Below are positions 23,738 to 38,691 of a stretch of DNA of 64,000 nucleotides, one piece after another (within the stretch, counting starts at the first letter, position 1; each line of letters starts with the position of its first letter). The stretch spans positions 1,674,001 through 1,738,000 of the forward strand of contig NC_089436.1 of NCBI RefSeq assembly GCF_026210795.1, written 5' to 3'. Position numbers and translations under genes: made by a program. Under the pieces are notes generated by a model, which had not been told where the DNA came from, made no database searches, and saw only the letters and a program-made list of their open reading frames with translations. This DNA is from Rhizophagus irregularis. Lineage: Eukaryota.

Positions 23738-26700
23738 AATTTCTTTGACTTGATAGACGGTCTTGATGTAAGTTTTTTCTTCTTTCTTTTCGTTTTCTCT
23801 CCTTTTTTCTTTAAAGTTGGTACTAATAGGACCCCGAAGAATACATATATAACTCAGATCTAGACTCAAAATTTTAATATAACTTTATACACTTAATTTT
23901 ATTAAAAGCTTTATACAAAATCATCATATAAGTTTAAATTTTATTATAAATTATACAATTTCAGATGTGAGTTTATATATAATCAAAATTATTTTTTATT
24001 TATACTAATAAAATTTCTTCAATATCTAATTATCACATTAGTTTTGTGTAATTATATGAATTATTTCTTTTTGTTTAAAAAAATCATAATAAGTTTTTGC
24101 TTTACCTAATAATTGAAGAGTATTATCAAAATTTTGTATATCCTATATATCTAAATGATAAAGAACATTCTTTGGACATTGGTGTGTAATTAAAACTTGA
24201 CCTTCTTCTATTTTAGCTGAAAAAATATTACGAATAATAGGAGTAAAAACTTTAAGAGTTAAATATGATATATTTTCAATATCAGTAATTGGTTCCTGAT
24301 TATAAGAATGATATCCATAAGCTTCATAAAAACTAGAAATTACTTGTCCGATACAAAGTTGTACTCCAAAATAAGCTATAACATAATTTTGTTCATTAAG
24401 AGGATTATTATGATTAATATTTGCATACTCTATGTTTTTAACTATAAACAATTAAATTAAAAGTTAGTCCAAAAGTAAAATTTTAATAAATATTAATATA
24501 AAATTATTTTAATTTAAACTTACTTAAACTTTGATTACTAGATAAAATTTTTTGTTTTTTATCTGATAATTTACTTTTGTAAATATTAGCAATAGATTGA
24601 CTTACAAGTTTTCGTTCATTTTTCCATCTTTTTTCTTGCTGTTTAACAAATCACATTTCTGCATTTTCATTTTTAGTAAAAAATGATACAATATGATTTG
24701 CTTGATTTGGATTAATTAAATCTGAATTGATTATTCTTGTATTATTTGTCTTGATTGTCCATTCAATATTTCGAGAAGTATAAGCATTATGCTTTTCACG
24801 TTGATAAACCATTTCTTGAATATCAATTCCATTTTTAGTGACAAATATCACATTATCGAAATCTTAAAATTAAAAAAAAATTTAAATATTTTTAAAAAAG
24901 TTTAAAATATGTAAATAAAATATAGTAACCTGTGCTAATCATGTTTTTTGAAGTTTCTATTTCAACCATATCAATAAAAGAAAGTTGTTTTTTGCATTCA
25001 TTTAATGATGAGTTTTTACTTTCATCATTTATATCCATTTTATTTCTTTCATTTTCTCTTTACCTCAAAAGATCCACTTCATTAGCAGCATGACTAATTA
25101 TTTGAGAAAGACCACAATTAGATAAGTTTTCATTCGAATTCTCCCTATCCTGCATGTATTTATCATTTGAACCAGAAATTTCTATATCATTAGGTGTTAT
25201 TAAGACATAAGGCCAAAGTGAATTAATAGGTATAATATCAGGTGTTAACATTTCCAAATATTCAGCAAGATTACATGCTATTTGACGTGATTAATCAAAT
25301 GTATGACGAATTTGATCATCATCTGGCCAGGTTCGTAATAGATTAATTTGATCATTTTTGATAAAATTTTGATTATATTCAAACTGATACCCTAAAATTA
25401 AATAACTTATTTTTAAATGTACTGATATAAATTATAATACATACAAAAATCATTTTACTTACCTTCACGTACAGATTTATCTTTATTAAAAGATATTTCC
25501 TTCGAATTTAATGCTTTAGTATAATGTTTTATTTTTGGTACCATATCTAACAACTCTGCAAAGTCAAAATCGGCGTTGACTTGTCTTGCTGCACCAAAAA
25601 AATGCTCACATGCTTCTGAGTCATGTATTCAAGAAACAAGAGGATATTGATTATAGAAATCTCTATGAGCTTTTACGAGTAAAACCATTGATTCAGCCAA
25701 TAAAGTAAGTATTGCAAATATTTGAGATGCAATAAAATTCTGGTTAGAGGAAATGAATTTAGGGTATTTTCGTGCTAATGTATTTATATGAAATCACCAA
25801 ATTCGTAAAAAAAAGTAGGATATCATCACCATTCTTATTCGTTCAATAGAAGTAATATTTCGATTCAAATAACTATCAACCAATTCGCCTACATCAATAA
25901 TAAAAGGTAATCAATTTCAATTCATATTTTTTATTATAAAATCGGGAATACATACCAATTATAAATAGATATACAAATGTTTCTTCAAATTCAGGTTTGA
26001 TTTTATTATTAGGATCGAGACAACATTTCAGATTTTTAGGACAGAAAATTCGATAAGCAGCACCATCATCTTGTCGGTTAAGTTTATATATATATATCAC
26101 ATTTATACATAGGACTTTCAGGGTGAGTAAGCAATTTTGTAAAATGGCCAAATCCCACGGTAGAATGATTAAGTGAAAGAACTCGAGCACCTGATATTGC
26201 TGCATTACATCCTATTTTTTTAGCATGTTTAGGGTCCTGAACTTGTATTACTGGTCCAATATTTGGAAAAATCGGACAATTGAAATCAATATTGTATGGT
26301 GAATAACTAATTCTAAGTCTACTGGAAGTTGATATTTATTGAACTTGATTTTGCGCATTAAACTCAACTTGAGCACTATCAGATCCAATCGAAATTATAT
26401 GTAATTTAAGTTCTTGCGCAAAATCTAGAAGTAATGTATGTATGTCCAATATTGATTCCGTTTTATCAGATCCAAGATTAGAAAGAAGAGCAATAATAAC
26501 GGAAGGGAATTTTGGCAATGGAACCTAATATATGATTTTAATCATCAATAACCGATATTAATGCAAATGTATTAATTACAGTTTTAACTTACTTGCAATA
26601 TATATACTCTTACATATTTGGCAACAGCATTATTTTTTTTGATTTTATCAATTGTGATCGAAATATCATTATATGTTTTAATATTTGTTTCATTATTTGA

Positions 26701-27119
26701 GAATGTAGAGCCAATAATGCATCCCATCTGTGAAGAATAGCGAAGACGGAGTTTCAGTTTGGTATTGTCTGTCATGGCTGCGATTGGCCCATCATAACCA
26801 ATAGAGTTCAAAAATCGTTTGAACTGAGCCACATTTTCGAAACAAAGATTTGGATCTGTTAGCATATCTTTGGAATTAGAACGCAAATGCCTAGAAGTAA
26901 GAAATTGTTATAATAATATATTTAATATAATAAGTATACATCAGGAAATTTTATAGCGCGAAAAATTGCGTAAGTTTACGATTTTGTAAGTTTACGAAAG
27001 TTTATGGCATAATATTTCAAAAAATTTCAAAATATTACGTAAGTTTACAATTTCGTAAGATTTATGTGATATTACGGTTAAAATATTACGTAAGTTTTCA
27101 ATATCGTAAGATTTACGCA

Positions 27120-27560
27120 ATATTACGGTCAAAATATTCTGCAAATTTACGAAACTGTAAACCTGCGTAATATTACGGTTGAAATATTTCGAAAATTTAC
27201 GAAACTGTAAACCTGCGTAATATTACGGTTGAAATATTTCGAAAATTTACGAAACTGTAAACCTGCGTAATATTACGGTTAAAATATTTCGAAAATTTAC
27301 GAAACTGTAAACCTGCGTAATATTACGGTTAAAATATTTTGAAAATTTACGAAACTGTAAACCTGCGTAATATTACGGTTGAAATATTTCGAAAATTTAC
27401 GAAACTGTAAACCTGCGTAATATTACGGTTAAAATATTTCAAAAATTTACGAAACTGTAAACCTGCGTAATATTACGGTCAAAATATTCTGCAAATTTAC
27501 GAAACTGTAAACCTGCGTAATATTACGGTTGAAATATTTCAAAAATTTACGAGATTGTAA
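27120..27560. repeat. 50-bp subterminal tandem array (~8-9 copies)
   Basis: GAAATATTTCGAAAATTTACGAAACTGTAAACCTGCGTAATATTACGGTT repeated. A related inverted array lies at ~36470-36895. Confidence 0.95.
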
Positions 27561-27789
27561 ACTGCATATGCAGTAGAACGTATACAAGGGGCATGTAATA
27601 CTATTGAATAATCAAAAATAATATAAACACCTTTTTTTTATATAAACACCTTTTTTTTTAAGTTTGGGAAAGCAAATTTATTTTTATTTACGAATTTTTT
27701 ATTATTTACAATTTTTATGTTAAAAATTAAAGTAAATTCTAATTTTTATTATAACTTAATAAAAAAAATACACATTTGATACTTGTTCA

Positions 27790-28611
27790 CTACTATTTTA
27801 TAAAATAGTATCCAGGCTGTATGGCGTGGACGTCAGTATCAGTCACAGCCCAAAAAAAACGTGAGTCTCCAGCCGATATTTGGTACGGACTGGGCCTAGC
27901 TACTCACTTAATAAATAATAAAAAAATAAAAATAATTATCTTCTTCTACGATACGTAGGTAAGTTTCTTCTTGCCCTACGATCATCACGCGTGACTAAAA
28001 TTGATCAAATTTATCAAATTTAAAACATGAACGTAAATATTAATTATAAATTTTATTATAGTATAATTACCCGGCCTCTCCCAAAATCTCGTTCTAAATT
28101 CGCGATAATATCTTGCGCCGGTACGCGTCCACAGCCGCCGCCCAGGGTTACCATTACGATAAAGGACATAGTTCTAAATATCAAAATCAGTTTGAATATT
28201 CAGTAAATACATTTAATTTATATGAATGTAATGTTATTTATTTACTTACATGGTAATCCCCTGACGAGGTTCCTCCACTTTTGGCTGCACTGTTGCCCGG
28301 AAACCCTCGTTCGAAATATTCTATTTATTCTGATTCAATTAAATGGATTGGTTAATTTGAATTTAAATTCTTTCTTAAAGAAATTATAGATATTAGTCAT
28401 ATGAACCTATTGGCAACAGAAATTGTAAAATTCCTTTAAGCGCTTCTACCATTAATATTGGTACAGAAAACGACGGCCGTCTCGGCGTACGTCAATGTTT
28501 CGTCCATCATAGCCCAGTTCCAATGGACGTTATAATGGGAATGACGACGTGTGTGGCGAGGTATTATTAGTAATTTGATTTTGGGATGAGTAAAAATTTG
28601 AAAGAAAGTCA
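27790..28611 (-). pseudogene. Myb/SANT (trihelix-like) DNA-binding protein; multi-exon, disrupted, not in the ORF track
   Basis: GC-rich exons with GTAAGT/GTAATT donors encode RVSGQQCSQKWRNLVR and TRTGARYYREFRTRFWERP. Confidence 0.6.
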
Positions 28612-29020
28612 TAAAATGTCACTTTAAATAAAATTTGAACAATACCTCTTTGGTTTGATTTTATTTCTCGTTTCAATTAAAATTTAATTTATTAGACTTT
28701 TCATCATTAAACATATTAATTAAATCTCATGCGGATATGGATTATCTAAATATAAATATCATGATTCTAAATATAAATATAAATCACTTAATTTATTTTA
28801 ATTTTTTTTAAAAAAAAATCTTAGTTTGATTTCAATTAAAAATAATTAAAAATCATGTACATATTTTGGTTATTTAAATATAAATATCAATATATTATAT
28901 TTAAAAATAAACCAATTTATTATTAGCACATTCTATTGAATTTTAAAAAAATCAATTTTTTTTTTTAAAAAAAAAATCATCAATATATCATATTTAAAAA
29001 TAAAACAATTATATTCTGAT

Positions 29021-29404
29021 TAAAGATGTGATATGTAATTATTTTTAAAAGGTTGTAAGGTTGCAACTATTACAACATACATACAACACTTTTGTTGTAA
29101 TTGCAATACAATATTATAATTATTATATAGTATTATAATACTATTAAAATTGTAATTATTATATAGTGTTGTAATTATTTTTAATTATACAAATATGTAT
29201 TATAATATATTAATTATTTCTTTTTATAATGATATTTATTCTATAAAAACTTATTTTTGTAATTTTTATTTTTCAAAAAGAAAATTTTTGAATAATCATA
29301 AGTGTTGTAATATTACAACACTTTAACTTTAAAAGTAGTAATAGATTGCAACCCTTACTATTACAACATAAGGTAGTAATTATCAATTACATACTACATC
29401 TTTA
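29021..29404. mobile_element. hAT-type MITE, 384 bp (copy 1)
   Basis: TIR TAAAGATGT..ATGTAATT; 8-bp TSD ATTCTGAT; near-identical to 53659-54042. Confidence 0.95.
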
Positions 29405-29780
29405 ATTCTGATTAAATATTTTGCATACATTTCTTAAAAAAATCATAAAAAAAAATCTTGTACGTCGTACATGCAATTACTAAATATCATCCCTTTGTGA
29501 TAAATAAAAAATTACGCAACACAAATTCAACACAAACTCAACACAAATTTAACAAATTTAACGAAATTTGGCCAAAATTAATAATTTTTTACCAGAATTA
29601 TCAACACAAATTGAACACAAATTGAACACAAATTTCAGTCACGATTTATTTATGTCACACCCGTGTTGTTAATAATTAAATAAATAAATCTGCATTTTAT
29701 TTATGATATGGGAAACGTGACCATAAATTCTTTAAGAATATAATTTTATTAAAATAAATCAAAACTCCTATATCAAGTGA

Positions 29781-32761
29781 CTAAAAAATATATTTATTTA
29801 CGAAATATTCATTTTGTTTATCAAATCGGGGTACTATGTGAACGACACCATGTATAGACTCTATAGCTACAAAGTTATATAATTCTATCAATTTTAAGGG
29901 AGGACATCCATATAAATATGGGTTCCTTTTAGATTTAAAATCGTACCATTGAATTAATGCGAGATTTAGCGGTGGGTCTGTTAATACTTCTGCTAACAAT
30001 AAGGCCTATAAATAATAAATATTTATTAATACTTTATAATAAATTATTACATAAATTGGAAAAATACCTGTCCATAACAAAGTCCTTTGTCTGATATATA
30101 ATCATTTGATTCTTCAGAATCCATTGAAATAGCTATGTCGCTAAACCATACTTTATTATGATACCTGTTTGTGGCACGCATTATGGCACCATTTTCCAGT
30201 ATTACCGATCCGTATATGTTTATTCGGGTTTCACCAATAATTGTGAACTTATCAAGTAAATCTAGATATGAATTCAGACAACTTATAAATCTAGCAAAAC
30301 CGGTCTGCATTTTATTGTCTACGGAATCTTTTTTTTCATTAAAAAATGTATTTGCATCTTGTAAAGAGAAATCAAAGAGTCTTGCAGAAAATTTACAAGT
30401 GCGAGGTGTTTTTGCCGGATTCACTGAATGTTGAGACATTCTAATAGATATTGCTTGACGTTTTATCGATTAATTTAATTTCCATCTTAAGTTATATAAT
30501 AAATATATACAATAAATAAATTTCCAAATACTTACAGTTCGTAAAAGCTGAGGTTCGACATCTTTTTTATTGCTAATTCGGTAGGGTATTTTAACGAAAT
30601 ATTTGTGGAGACTTTCGTAAGTTTCTGTGGTATAGCCATTTATTGCGCCATAAGATCGTATTGAGTCAATAATGTGATAAACCCATGAATGCAATTTAGG
30701 CAACTTCAAATTGGAAGGAGAAACAAATTTAAAAGCCTTGACAAACATCCGCGCCCATCTATGTATTGCATCCTAAAATTTAAATGTTAATTTAATTTAT
30801 TTAATTTAAATTTTCGATTTTACTAAAATTTTAATACATACATTAAATTTCTCCAAGTCACTTTCACTAAATTCTTCATATCTACTTAAAATATACATTT
30901 CATTCCAATATTTGTACAATTTCACAAGATCATCATTATTTACAAAATTATCTACTTCGTTATTATTTTCATCATATAAATTATCAATAACAAATATCAT
31001 GACTTTCATCAAACTTCGATATTCATTAGCAGTTAATCTTGCAATTGACTGCAGTCCATTGGAAAAAATTTTAATGGCGGAAAAACGTGGAATTGCTGCT
31101 AGACGGCGATCTACTTCTTCAACTAATTTATTACTATTAACATGTTGCAATTTTAAGATATCGCACGTGAAGATAATTTGATAACGAAATAAACCCAAAT
31201 CTAAATGATGCATTCTGTCAGGAACAGTAGCCAAGTAGATATTTATATTCCTTGATAATATAAATATTTATAATTAATATATATATATGTTATTATAATT
31301 ATTTCTACTTTTGCATACTTACGGCAAATCCCAAAAAAAATTAGGTACAGATTCTATGCAAACAGATTTTTGTGTATCATTTTCAAAATATTTACGCATT
31401 TCATCATGAGTTCTTAGTATTACATCATTAACCGATAAGTTTATATTTGCAAGATTGTCCCTTTTAATTAAACAGGAGTGACATGGAAGGCTTGAATTGG
31501 AGGATTTATAAACTAAACAAAAACTTGCGGCTTCTGGCCAATCTGCAATAATAGTTGAAACTCTAGGATAAAACCAGGTATTTTCATTATTTATAAAAAG
31601 GTCTATACCATCTTTTAATAAAATAATTGGTTCTAGTAAATGATGTAAAGATTTATGAAAGGTATCACGAACCAGATCTTTATTTGCAGCTTCTAAAATT
31701 GGTAAATATCCCAAAAGTTGCTTTGCATCCTGTTTATTACGACACCATATTGGGATATTGCCTAATGAAATATATATTGGATGCAATTGACTTTTTCCTA
31801 ATGTATCTGTAGTTGTTGCATCTGAATATAAAATAATTGATAATAATTTGGAACCAGTAGGTAAGGATTCTTGCGTAGTTTTCCACCATTTTCCAGTGTT
31901 TTGTTCACTGTAAATACTTTTTCTATTATACTATAAAATAATATAAATAAATTAAAATAAATATTATTTAAATTATTGAATTAACTAATATTTACTATTT
32001 ACCTCATAGTTTTCGTAAGATAGCGCAAAATTTTGTGTTATGTCAGGAACAGTTAAGATATTTTTGATGCACTGTATTAAGTTTTGATAATAAAGAAAAT
32101 AATCTTTATCCTTATGTTTTGTTATAAGAACTTTACTAAATTCTAAATTAGAAAACTTCATATTATTCATAAATGCTCGTCCCTGTTCAATATTTTTTGG
32201 TAATGGTGATTCTGTAAGATTTGAATGTTTATAAAAAAAACGTATTATTTCATTACCACCTTTATTGTTTATTTTATATTTCGTTACTAATAACATTAGA
32301 TCTTTATAAGCATCATTAGGAAATTCTGTGCAAGTTTTGGTATTGAGATTTTTGGGTTCTTCAAAAATTTCAGGCTCTTCAGATGAATCTAATATATTTT
32401 CAAAGTTACTATCTTCAAGGCTCATCTCTGATATTGCACTTCCAATACTGTCAAATGACATATTTTGTACATTATTATCATCATCCACCTAAAATTATAA
32501 ACCAAAATGAGTTAGTATAATTTGAGCTTTTTCTTTAAAAAGAATAATCTGGAATAACATAATTACCTCAACTTTATCATTTTCATATTCACTACTTAGA
32601 TTACTTCTTGTATCCATTTCACTGCTATATTTTTCACTATCATTATTATCATCATCATCTTCTACTTCTACTTTTACATTTTTTAAGCATTTTTGGGCGT
32701 GTTGAGTATATGCAAAGCGTTGACTGAATATTCGCATACAAAGGGGGCATTTGAAACTCAT
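29781..32761 (-). CDS. Plavaka transposase with N-terminal C2H2 finger, ~7 exons
   Basis: HPIYISLGNIP, IADWPEA..CL..CHSC, PDRMHHLDLGLF and PKLHSW..YG..TTETYESLHK. Confidence 0.9.
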
Positions 32762-33009
32762 GTTACTAAATTAACGCGTCAAATTTGATGAAAAGTATCA
32801 ATTCGCTATTTAATTTATATGAGATTATGTGTGCTAATAAAATTATATTGCAAATTCATTGTAAAAATTTAATGAATTAATTGAATGGATTACAATTGAT
32901 TGAGTTATTTGAATAGACACGACTACGCAAATTTACGCATTAATGAATGGAACTGGCTGTAAGAATCTGGTGGCTAATATCGCGGAATCATTCACAATTT
33001 TACGCATTA

Positions 33010-33224
33010 TAGCAAAATTTAAAATATGCGAAACACTCAGCAATTTTGCTGTCGGGAACTTGCCGAGTTCGTGGGTTGGCAAATCTAAAAATAAATGTAA
33101 CAAGTCTATGATGTACCATATAAATATTGTTTATTATTTTATTTACTATTTCAATTTGCCGGCAACCTGCCAAGTGAATCTGACAGCAAAAGTGCTGAGT
33201 GTTTCGCATATTTTGAATTTGCTG
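33010..33224. mobile_element. MITE with ~45-bp TIRs, TA-flanked
   Basis: AAAATATGCGAAACACTCAGCA.TTTTGCTGTC is inverted at both ends. Confidence 0.75.
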
Positions 33225-33862
33225 TAACGGGCTGTAAGAATTCAGATGGCTTATTCAATCGGCTAATCATCTGATAATTAGCCGCAAATTTATTGGCTTA
33301 ACACGGCAAATCACTTTTACAATAATGGACGGATGATCAGCCACAAATTTATGCGATAATCAGGTTATAAGCGCTCAAGATCACTATCAATCTGATCAGC
33401 CAAATGAGTTCACTGGCTGCAACTTTTTTTTTCCATGCATAAAAGCCCCAACATGTGTAACATATTATTTTTTTATAAATTGGATTTGATTAATATTTCG
33501 ATTGTACTATGTGCTTTTACGAGAGTTTTTTTTTAAAGTTCTCTTATGAAAGTGTTACAATATTTTTTCGTAATATCACGATGCAAAATTTTTGCATTAG
33601 TACATTCATTTTTCGTAATATTTCGCATTAGTTAATCCATTTTTCGCAATATTTCGCAAGTTTTTTTTCTTTTTTAGTATAGAATGGCGGAAATTACCTT
33701 ATGACAGCTTGCCTCCTTTTTCTGAATTTCTGATTCATGTATTTCCCCCTTTTTCCTCATCCTTTTCGAATTTTCTAGTTCACCTTTTTCTCATATATTT
33801 CCTCTTTTTTCTCATATATTTCCTCCTTTTTCTCATATTTTCATTTCAAATTTATTATCATA

Positions 33863-35295
33863 ATGGCTACAAAGCGTGGCGAGAAACGAAGAATTGACAA
33901 TAATGAAAGATTTTCAAAACGTAGTACTGAGGGTAGCGAAGCTGAGAAGCGAGTGAGAATATCCGATGATAGTGTTGATGGTATATATGACATAATATGT
34001 ATCATATTCTTTATAAAAGAAATTATATAATATATAGTTAAATTATATTTTATTGTTAAAGTTAATAAAAAAAACAATAGAAAAACTATTAAGAACCAAT
34101 TCGCAGATAATTTCTAAGCTTGAAGTTCTTATCACCGGACAAAAAAATCTCGAAACCCGTCTCTCGAGCATAGAAAAAAAGCTCAATGATAATAACAAAA
34201 ATAATAATAATACAATAGATCCGGAGTATGTAAAGGTAATAAAGATGAATATTATTTAATGTAAACCTGAAATGCTAACCTCGTTTGATTAGGAGCTCGT
34301 TAAGAAGGTGTCGAAAATTTTATTTGAAAATTTTGTTTATCCTTCGCAAGACGAGTACAAACTCGCTACCGAAAAATATTTAAAAGACAAAAATCCGGAA
34401 TTTATGCGCCAGTTCAAAAAAATCAATGGATTATTTTTTTCGAAAAAAAAATTGCCCCGACTGTAAGTTAAAGCAATTATGAATTTTATTAAATTTCATA
34501 CTAACATTTTTTTTTAATAGTTAGTACAACAACATAGAAGCATACGAGGGACGTTCACGTCTAGAGTTAAAGACGTTATGTATTCTGTTTTCGAAGCGAC
34601 TGGGCATAAATTACCGTCTATTAACACTCAGGCTAGTCCGTCAAAGATTCAGGAATGGAAGAGTAAGGCGGAGGTGAAAAGATGTTACAATAACCTATTT
34701 AAAAAGGTTAAAGATGGGCAACCTATGACATATATGTCGCTGATAATTGATAAGTTGCGAAAAGAAAATAAAAATCCCTCAAAAACACAAATAGCGTATG
34801 CGATTAGCATATGTGAAACGTACTTAAATCCTAATAATCAAAACATTCAAATGAGCGAAAGTATAATAAAGTCGAAGATAATCAACAACTTAGTAAGTTT
34901 TTAATTTACAATTTGCAAAATGTGAATTATTTGAATTACAGTTTATTTATTTATTTATTGATTTTTAGCAAAAGTTGGAAAATAGGGATAAATTTACACA
35001 TTCGGACGATGATTCTCATGATGGTAATGATGTAGACGATGGTGGTGATAGAGCAGCTGACGATAGAGCAGGTGCGGCTGATGATGGTGTGACTAACGAT
35101 GGTAGGCCTAACGATGGTGCGGCTAACGATGATGCGGCCAACGATGGTGCGGCCAACGATGGTGCGGCCAATGATGGTGCGGCCAATGATGGCATAGCTG
35201 ACGATGATATACTTTCTATTGACTCTTATAACACAGAGGAGGAAGGTCGGTATGTAAATAGTTTATTAGAGAATTATGGGTTGCATAAAAAATAA
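33863..35295 (+). CDS. Accessory gene of the Plavaka element (coiled coil, acidic GAAND repeats), spliced
   Basis: ATG at 33863, several GT-AG exons, 15-bp repeats at ~35095-35200; divergent from the transposase. Confidence 0.6.
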
Positions 35296-38209
35296 ATATT
35301 ATTTTTTATATATATCACACGTAATAGCATTTTTTTACCATAATTAATATAGTTTTAATAAATAAAATGGTTATTAATTCTTAACAACACGGGTGTGACA
35401 TAAATAAATCGTGGCTGAAATTTGTGTTCAATTTGTGTTCAATTTGTGTTGATAATTCTGGTAAAAATTTGTTAATTTTGGCCAAATTTCGTTAAATTTG
35501 TTAAATTTGTGTTGAATTTGTGTTGATAATTTTTAATTTATCACGAGGGGATAATATTTAGTAATTGTGCATATACAATTTCTGTGATTTTTTAAAATGC
35601 GGATTTCCGTAATTTTACGATATCGTATTTTCTGGCCAATCAAATTAGGCTGATCCTTGCATGTGATTTAATCATTTAATCATTTAATCATGCACGTGTT
35701 TTTGTCTTATTTATTTTTGTTTCTTATTTCTTTATTCTTTTGTTCAATATTTTTAATTTTTTTGTCTCTTCTTTCTATTATTTCTTTAATTATATACAAT
35801 ATATTTACATATATTTCATAATTTATTGCTTTGCAGGTATAGAAATATTTGTTTATTAATACTAATTATTTTCATTTTTTTTTACCTCTTTGTTATTTTG
35901 TATCGTAATACTAACAATAATATCCATGTTTCCTTTATTCCTTTTTACTTGTACTTTAATACTAACGATACTAACAATACTAACAACATGTTTATTTTTT
36001 CCTTTCTCTTTATTTCTTTATTCTTTTGTTCAATTACTTTGCAGGTATAGAAATATTTATTTATTAATACTAATTATTTTAATATTAACGCATTTTTTTT
36101 TACTTCTTTGTTACTTTATGTCGTAATACTAACAATACTATCTACGTTTCCTTTATTTCTTTTTACTTGTACTTTAATACTAACGATAATATCCATGTTT
36201 CTTTTACTCCTTTTACTGTTTCTTTAACTCTTTTTACCTTAATACTAACAATAATAACAATATTTCTTTTATCTTTATATCTAATACTAACGTTACTATA
36301 GCTGTTTCTCTTCTTTTTACGTCTAATAATATTGTTACTCTACTCTTTCTTTTTTTACTTTTATGTATTCTGTATATATTAATAAATACTTGTAATTTTT
36401 TATGATTATATCTAATAAAACATACATTATATAAACTTATAGTACAGAAAATGAAGTATTATTTATCGAAATATTTTGAAATATTACGAAATATTAAGTT
36501 GTGTAAAATCACAGAATATTACGAATCGTCAAATTATGGAACATTACGCATCATAGAATTTCGAAATATTTTAAAAAGTTGCGAAGTATTACGCAGTAAA
36601 ATTACGGAATATTACAAATCGTAAAATTACGAAGCCTTGCATACAGTAATATTTCGAAATATTTTAAAAAGTTACAAAATATTACACTTACGCAAACTTG
36701 CGGCGGGTCTGAAAACTTACAAAATATTATGTAAAATTACGAAATATTGCGAACCGCAAAATTACGGAATATTACAAATCGTAAAATTACGAAGCTTTGC
36801 ATATCGTAATATTTCGAAATATTTTAAAAAGTTACAAAATATTACGCTTACGCAAACTTGCGGCGGGTCTGAAAGCTTACGAAATATTATGATGTGTAAA
36901 CTTGCGCAACTTTTCGCACTATATAATTTCCTGATGTATTACAAATGTTTTCATACCTAATACTTTGAATTGTTAACCCTTGTAGATTTTGTCGGAATAA
37001 ATTTAACACACGTGGGCTAAAGGTACCAAGAATTATGAGAAAATTTTTGAATTCTTTAGTATATTTCAAATTTCGTGTGGATATATTTTTTTCTTTTCAA
37101 ATTACAGCTTGTAACATAACATTACAAAGACTCTCAAAAACTGGCTTTTTATCAAAAACACCTTGGATGCCTTTTTCTGCCAACTTTATCCAAACATCAG
37201 ATGCTGTATTAGATTCATTATCTTGATCATTAACCAAATGGTGGCAAGGTCAGAATATTTCAGATAATTTTTTAGAGGATCATTTTCAAAATAATGTTTT
37301 GGAGTATGTTTCAGTTTTGAAACGGATGGTTTCACTATAGCAATTCGATTTTGTAAAATTTTATTGTATTTTAAACTAAGACATTGGTTACAAATATTTT
37401 GATTGGTATATCCCTCACACTCCATAGATCGAACACAATTACCTTTAATTGAATTAATAAAAATAATTAATCAATTTTTTTTCACATGGTTGTATCAGTT
37501 ATATAATTAAAAGCAATATTGACTTACAATCACGATCAATTTTCCACACTGCTTTTACATATAATTGACGATTCAACCGACGTTTTTATGAACAATCCAA
37601 CTTCTTACATGAAAAATTTGTTGGAAAAAAGACTTGGAAAAAGTTCCTTTGCAATAACTTCAATTCTTCTGGTCCCACCAAATTGAGCAGGAGTACGACT
37701 AATATATTCAGAGATAATATAAGATCTAAGACTGGGGCAAGGTTTTCGTTTATTGTTTGATGAGATTATCATATCATCATCGCTTAAAACTTCATTCTCA
37801 CAATCATTTTTAACATCACTTATTGCATCAACATTAAACAAATTATCATCATCCATTCCTTCATCATCACCACTTTCCCATTCTTCAGCACTACTAACTT
37901 CATTATCAATTTTAATTTTTTTAAATTTAAATATTGGTTTAAAAAAATTTAGAATTGACTGAACTCCTTGCTTAGCCAAACATCCTTTACCACTAACATG
38001 AATATTTAAGAAAGTTTCATCATAGCGATGACCCAATTTGATAACTTTGCCACAATGACAAATAACCTTTTTTATTCGAACTATATGGGCACAATATGGA
38101 TGTTTTGTAAGTCTCTCTTTACTATATTTTCAAAGTAGTGGCATTTTTTAAGAAAAAAAAAAAAAGTACGATATTTTTTTTCTGATCTATTTTTTTTATT
38201 CACATTCTA

Positions 38210-38691
38210 CAGTCAGCCCCCTCTACAATCACACCCCTCGGGACCATCCAATGGTGTGATTATAATGAGGTGTGCCTATTGGTAAGGGTTAAATATATAA
38301 TCACACATATATAAATTTTTAAGTAAACGTGATTATATATATATATATATATATAATAATAATTAAGTAAAAAAGTTTATATGTAAAATATACTTAAAAC
38401 CATTGAATTTTTGAAAAATAAAAAACTTAAATTTTTCCTCATGGTAAAACAACAAAATAATAAAATGAAACGCACAGTTATTTTATAAATCACGTGATTT
38501 GTGTGCTTATGCAGGGGGAATTTTACATATATTTACTATAATATGGGACCAACGTTTGGTGTGATTGTACTTATAACTAATAAAGTGATTATAAAAGGGG
38601 TATTTTATATATAAAAAAATCCGGACTAAAAAATGTGTGCCTTAAGAAGGGGAGTTCTTATATGGGAGGTGCCTATAAAGGGGGTCGACTG
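38210..38691. mobile_element. Tc1/pogo-type MITE
   Basis: CAGTC..GACTG termini with TA TSD; related to 61668-61843. Confidence 0.85.

Larger units (their letters stand above)
29476..35568. repeat. ~200-bp inverted repeats (~29476-29680 and ~35375-35568) enclosing the Plavaka gene pair
   Basis: CAATTACTAAATAT..(AACACAAATT)n..GTCACACCCGTGTTGTTAA present in opposite orientations. Confidence 0.9.
26939..36936. mobile_element. ~10-kb TIR element (CMC/Plavaka-type) inserted in the P-like transposase intron
   Basis: ~41-bp TIR CATCAGGAAATT(T/A)TATAG(C/T)GCGAAAA.., TA on both flanks, subterminal tandem arrays. Confidence 0.85.
24037..38144 (-). pseudogene. P-element/THAP9-like DDE transposase; multi-exon, decayed, with a 10-kb insertion in an intron
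   Basis: AAMTDNTKL..YS..IIGS, IISIGSD, QDPKHAKK (DxxH), RQDDGAAYRIF and SEACEHFFGAARQ parallel P-transposase blocks. Confidence 0.7.

Noticed and set aside
27120..27560. Regular 50-bp repeats resembling a CRISPR array
   Set aside because: No unique spacers and no cas genes; it is a tandem subterminal array of a TIR element.
35826..36126. Hydrophobic ORFs that look like membrane proteins
   Set aside because: They arise from T-rich duplicated non-coding repeats near the transposon end.
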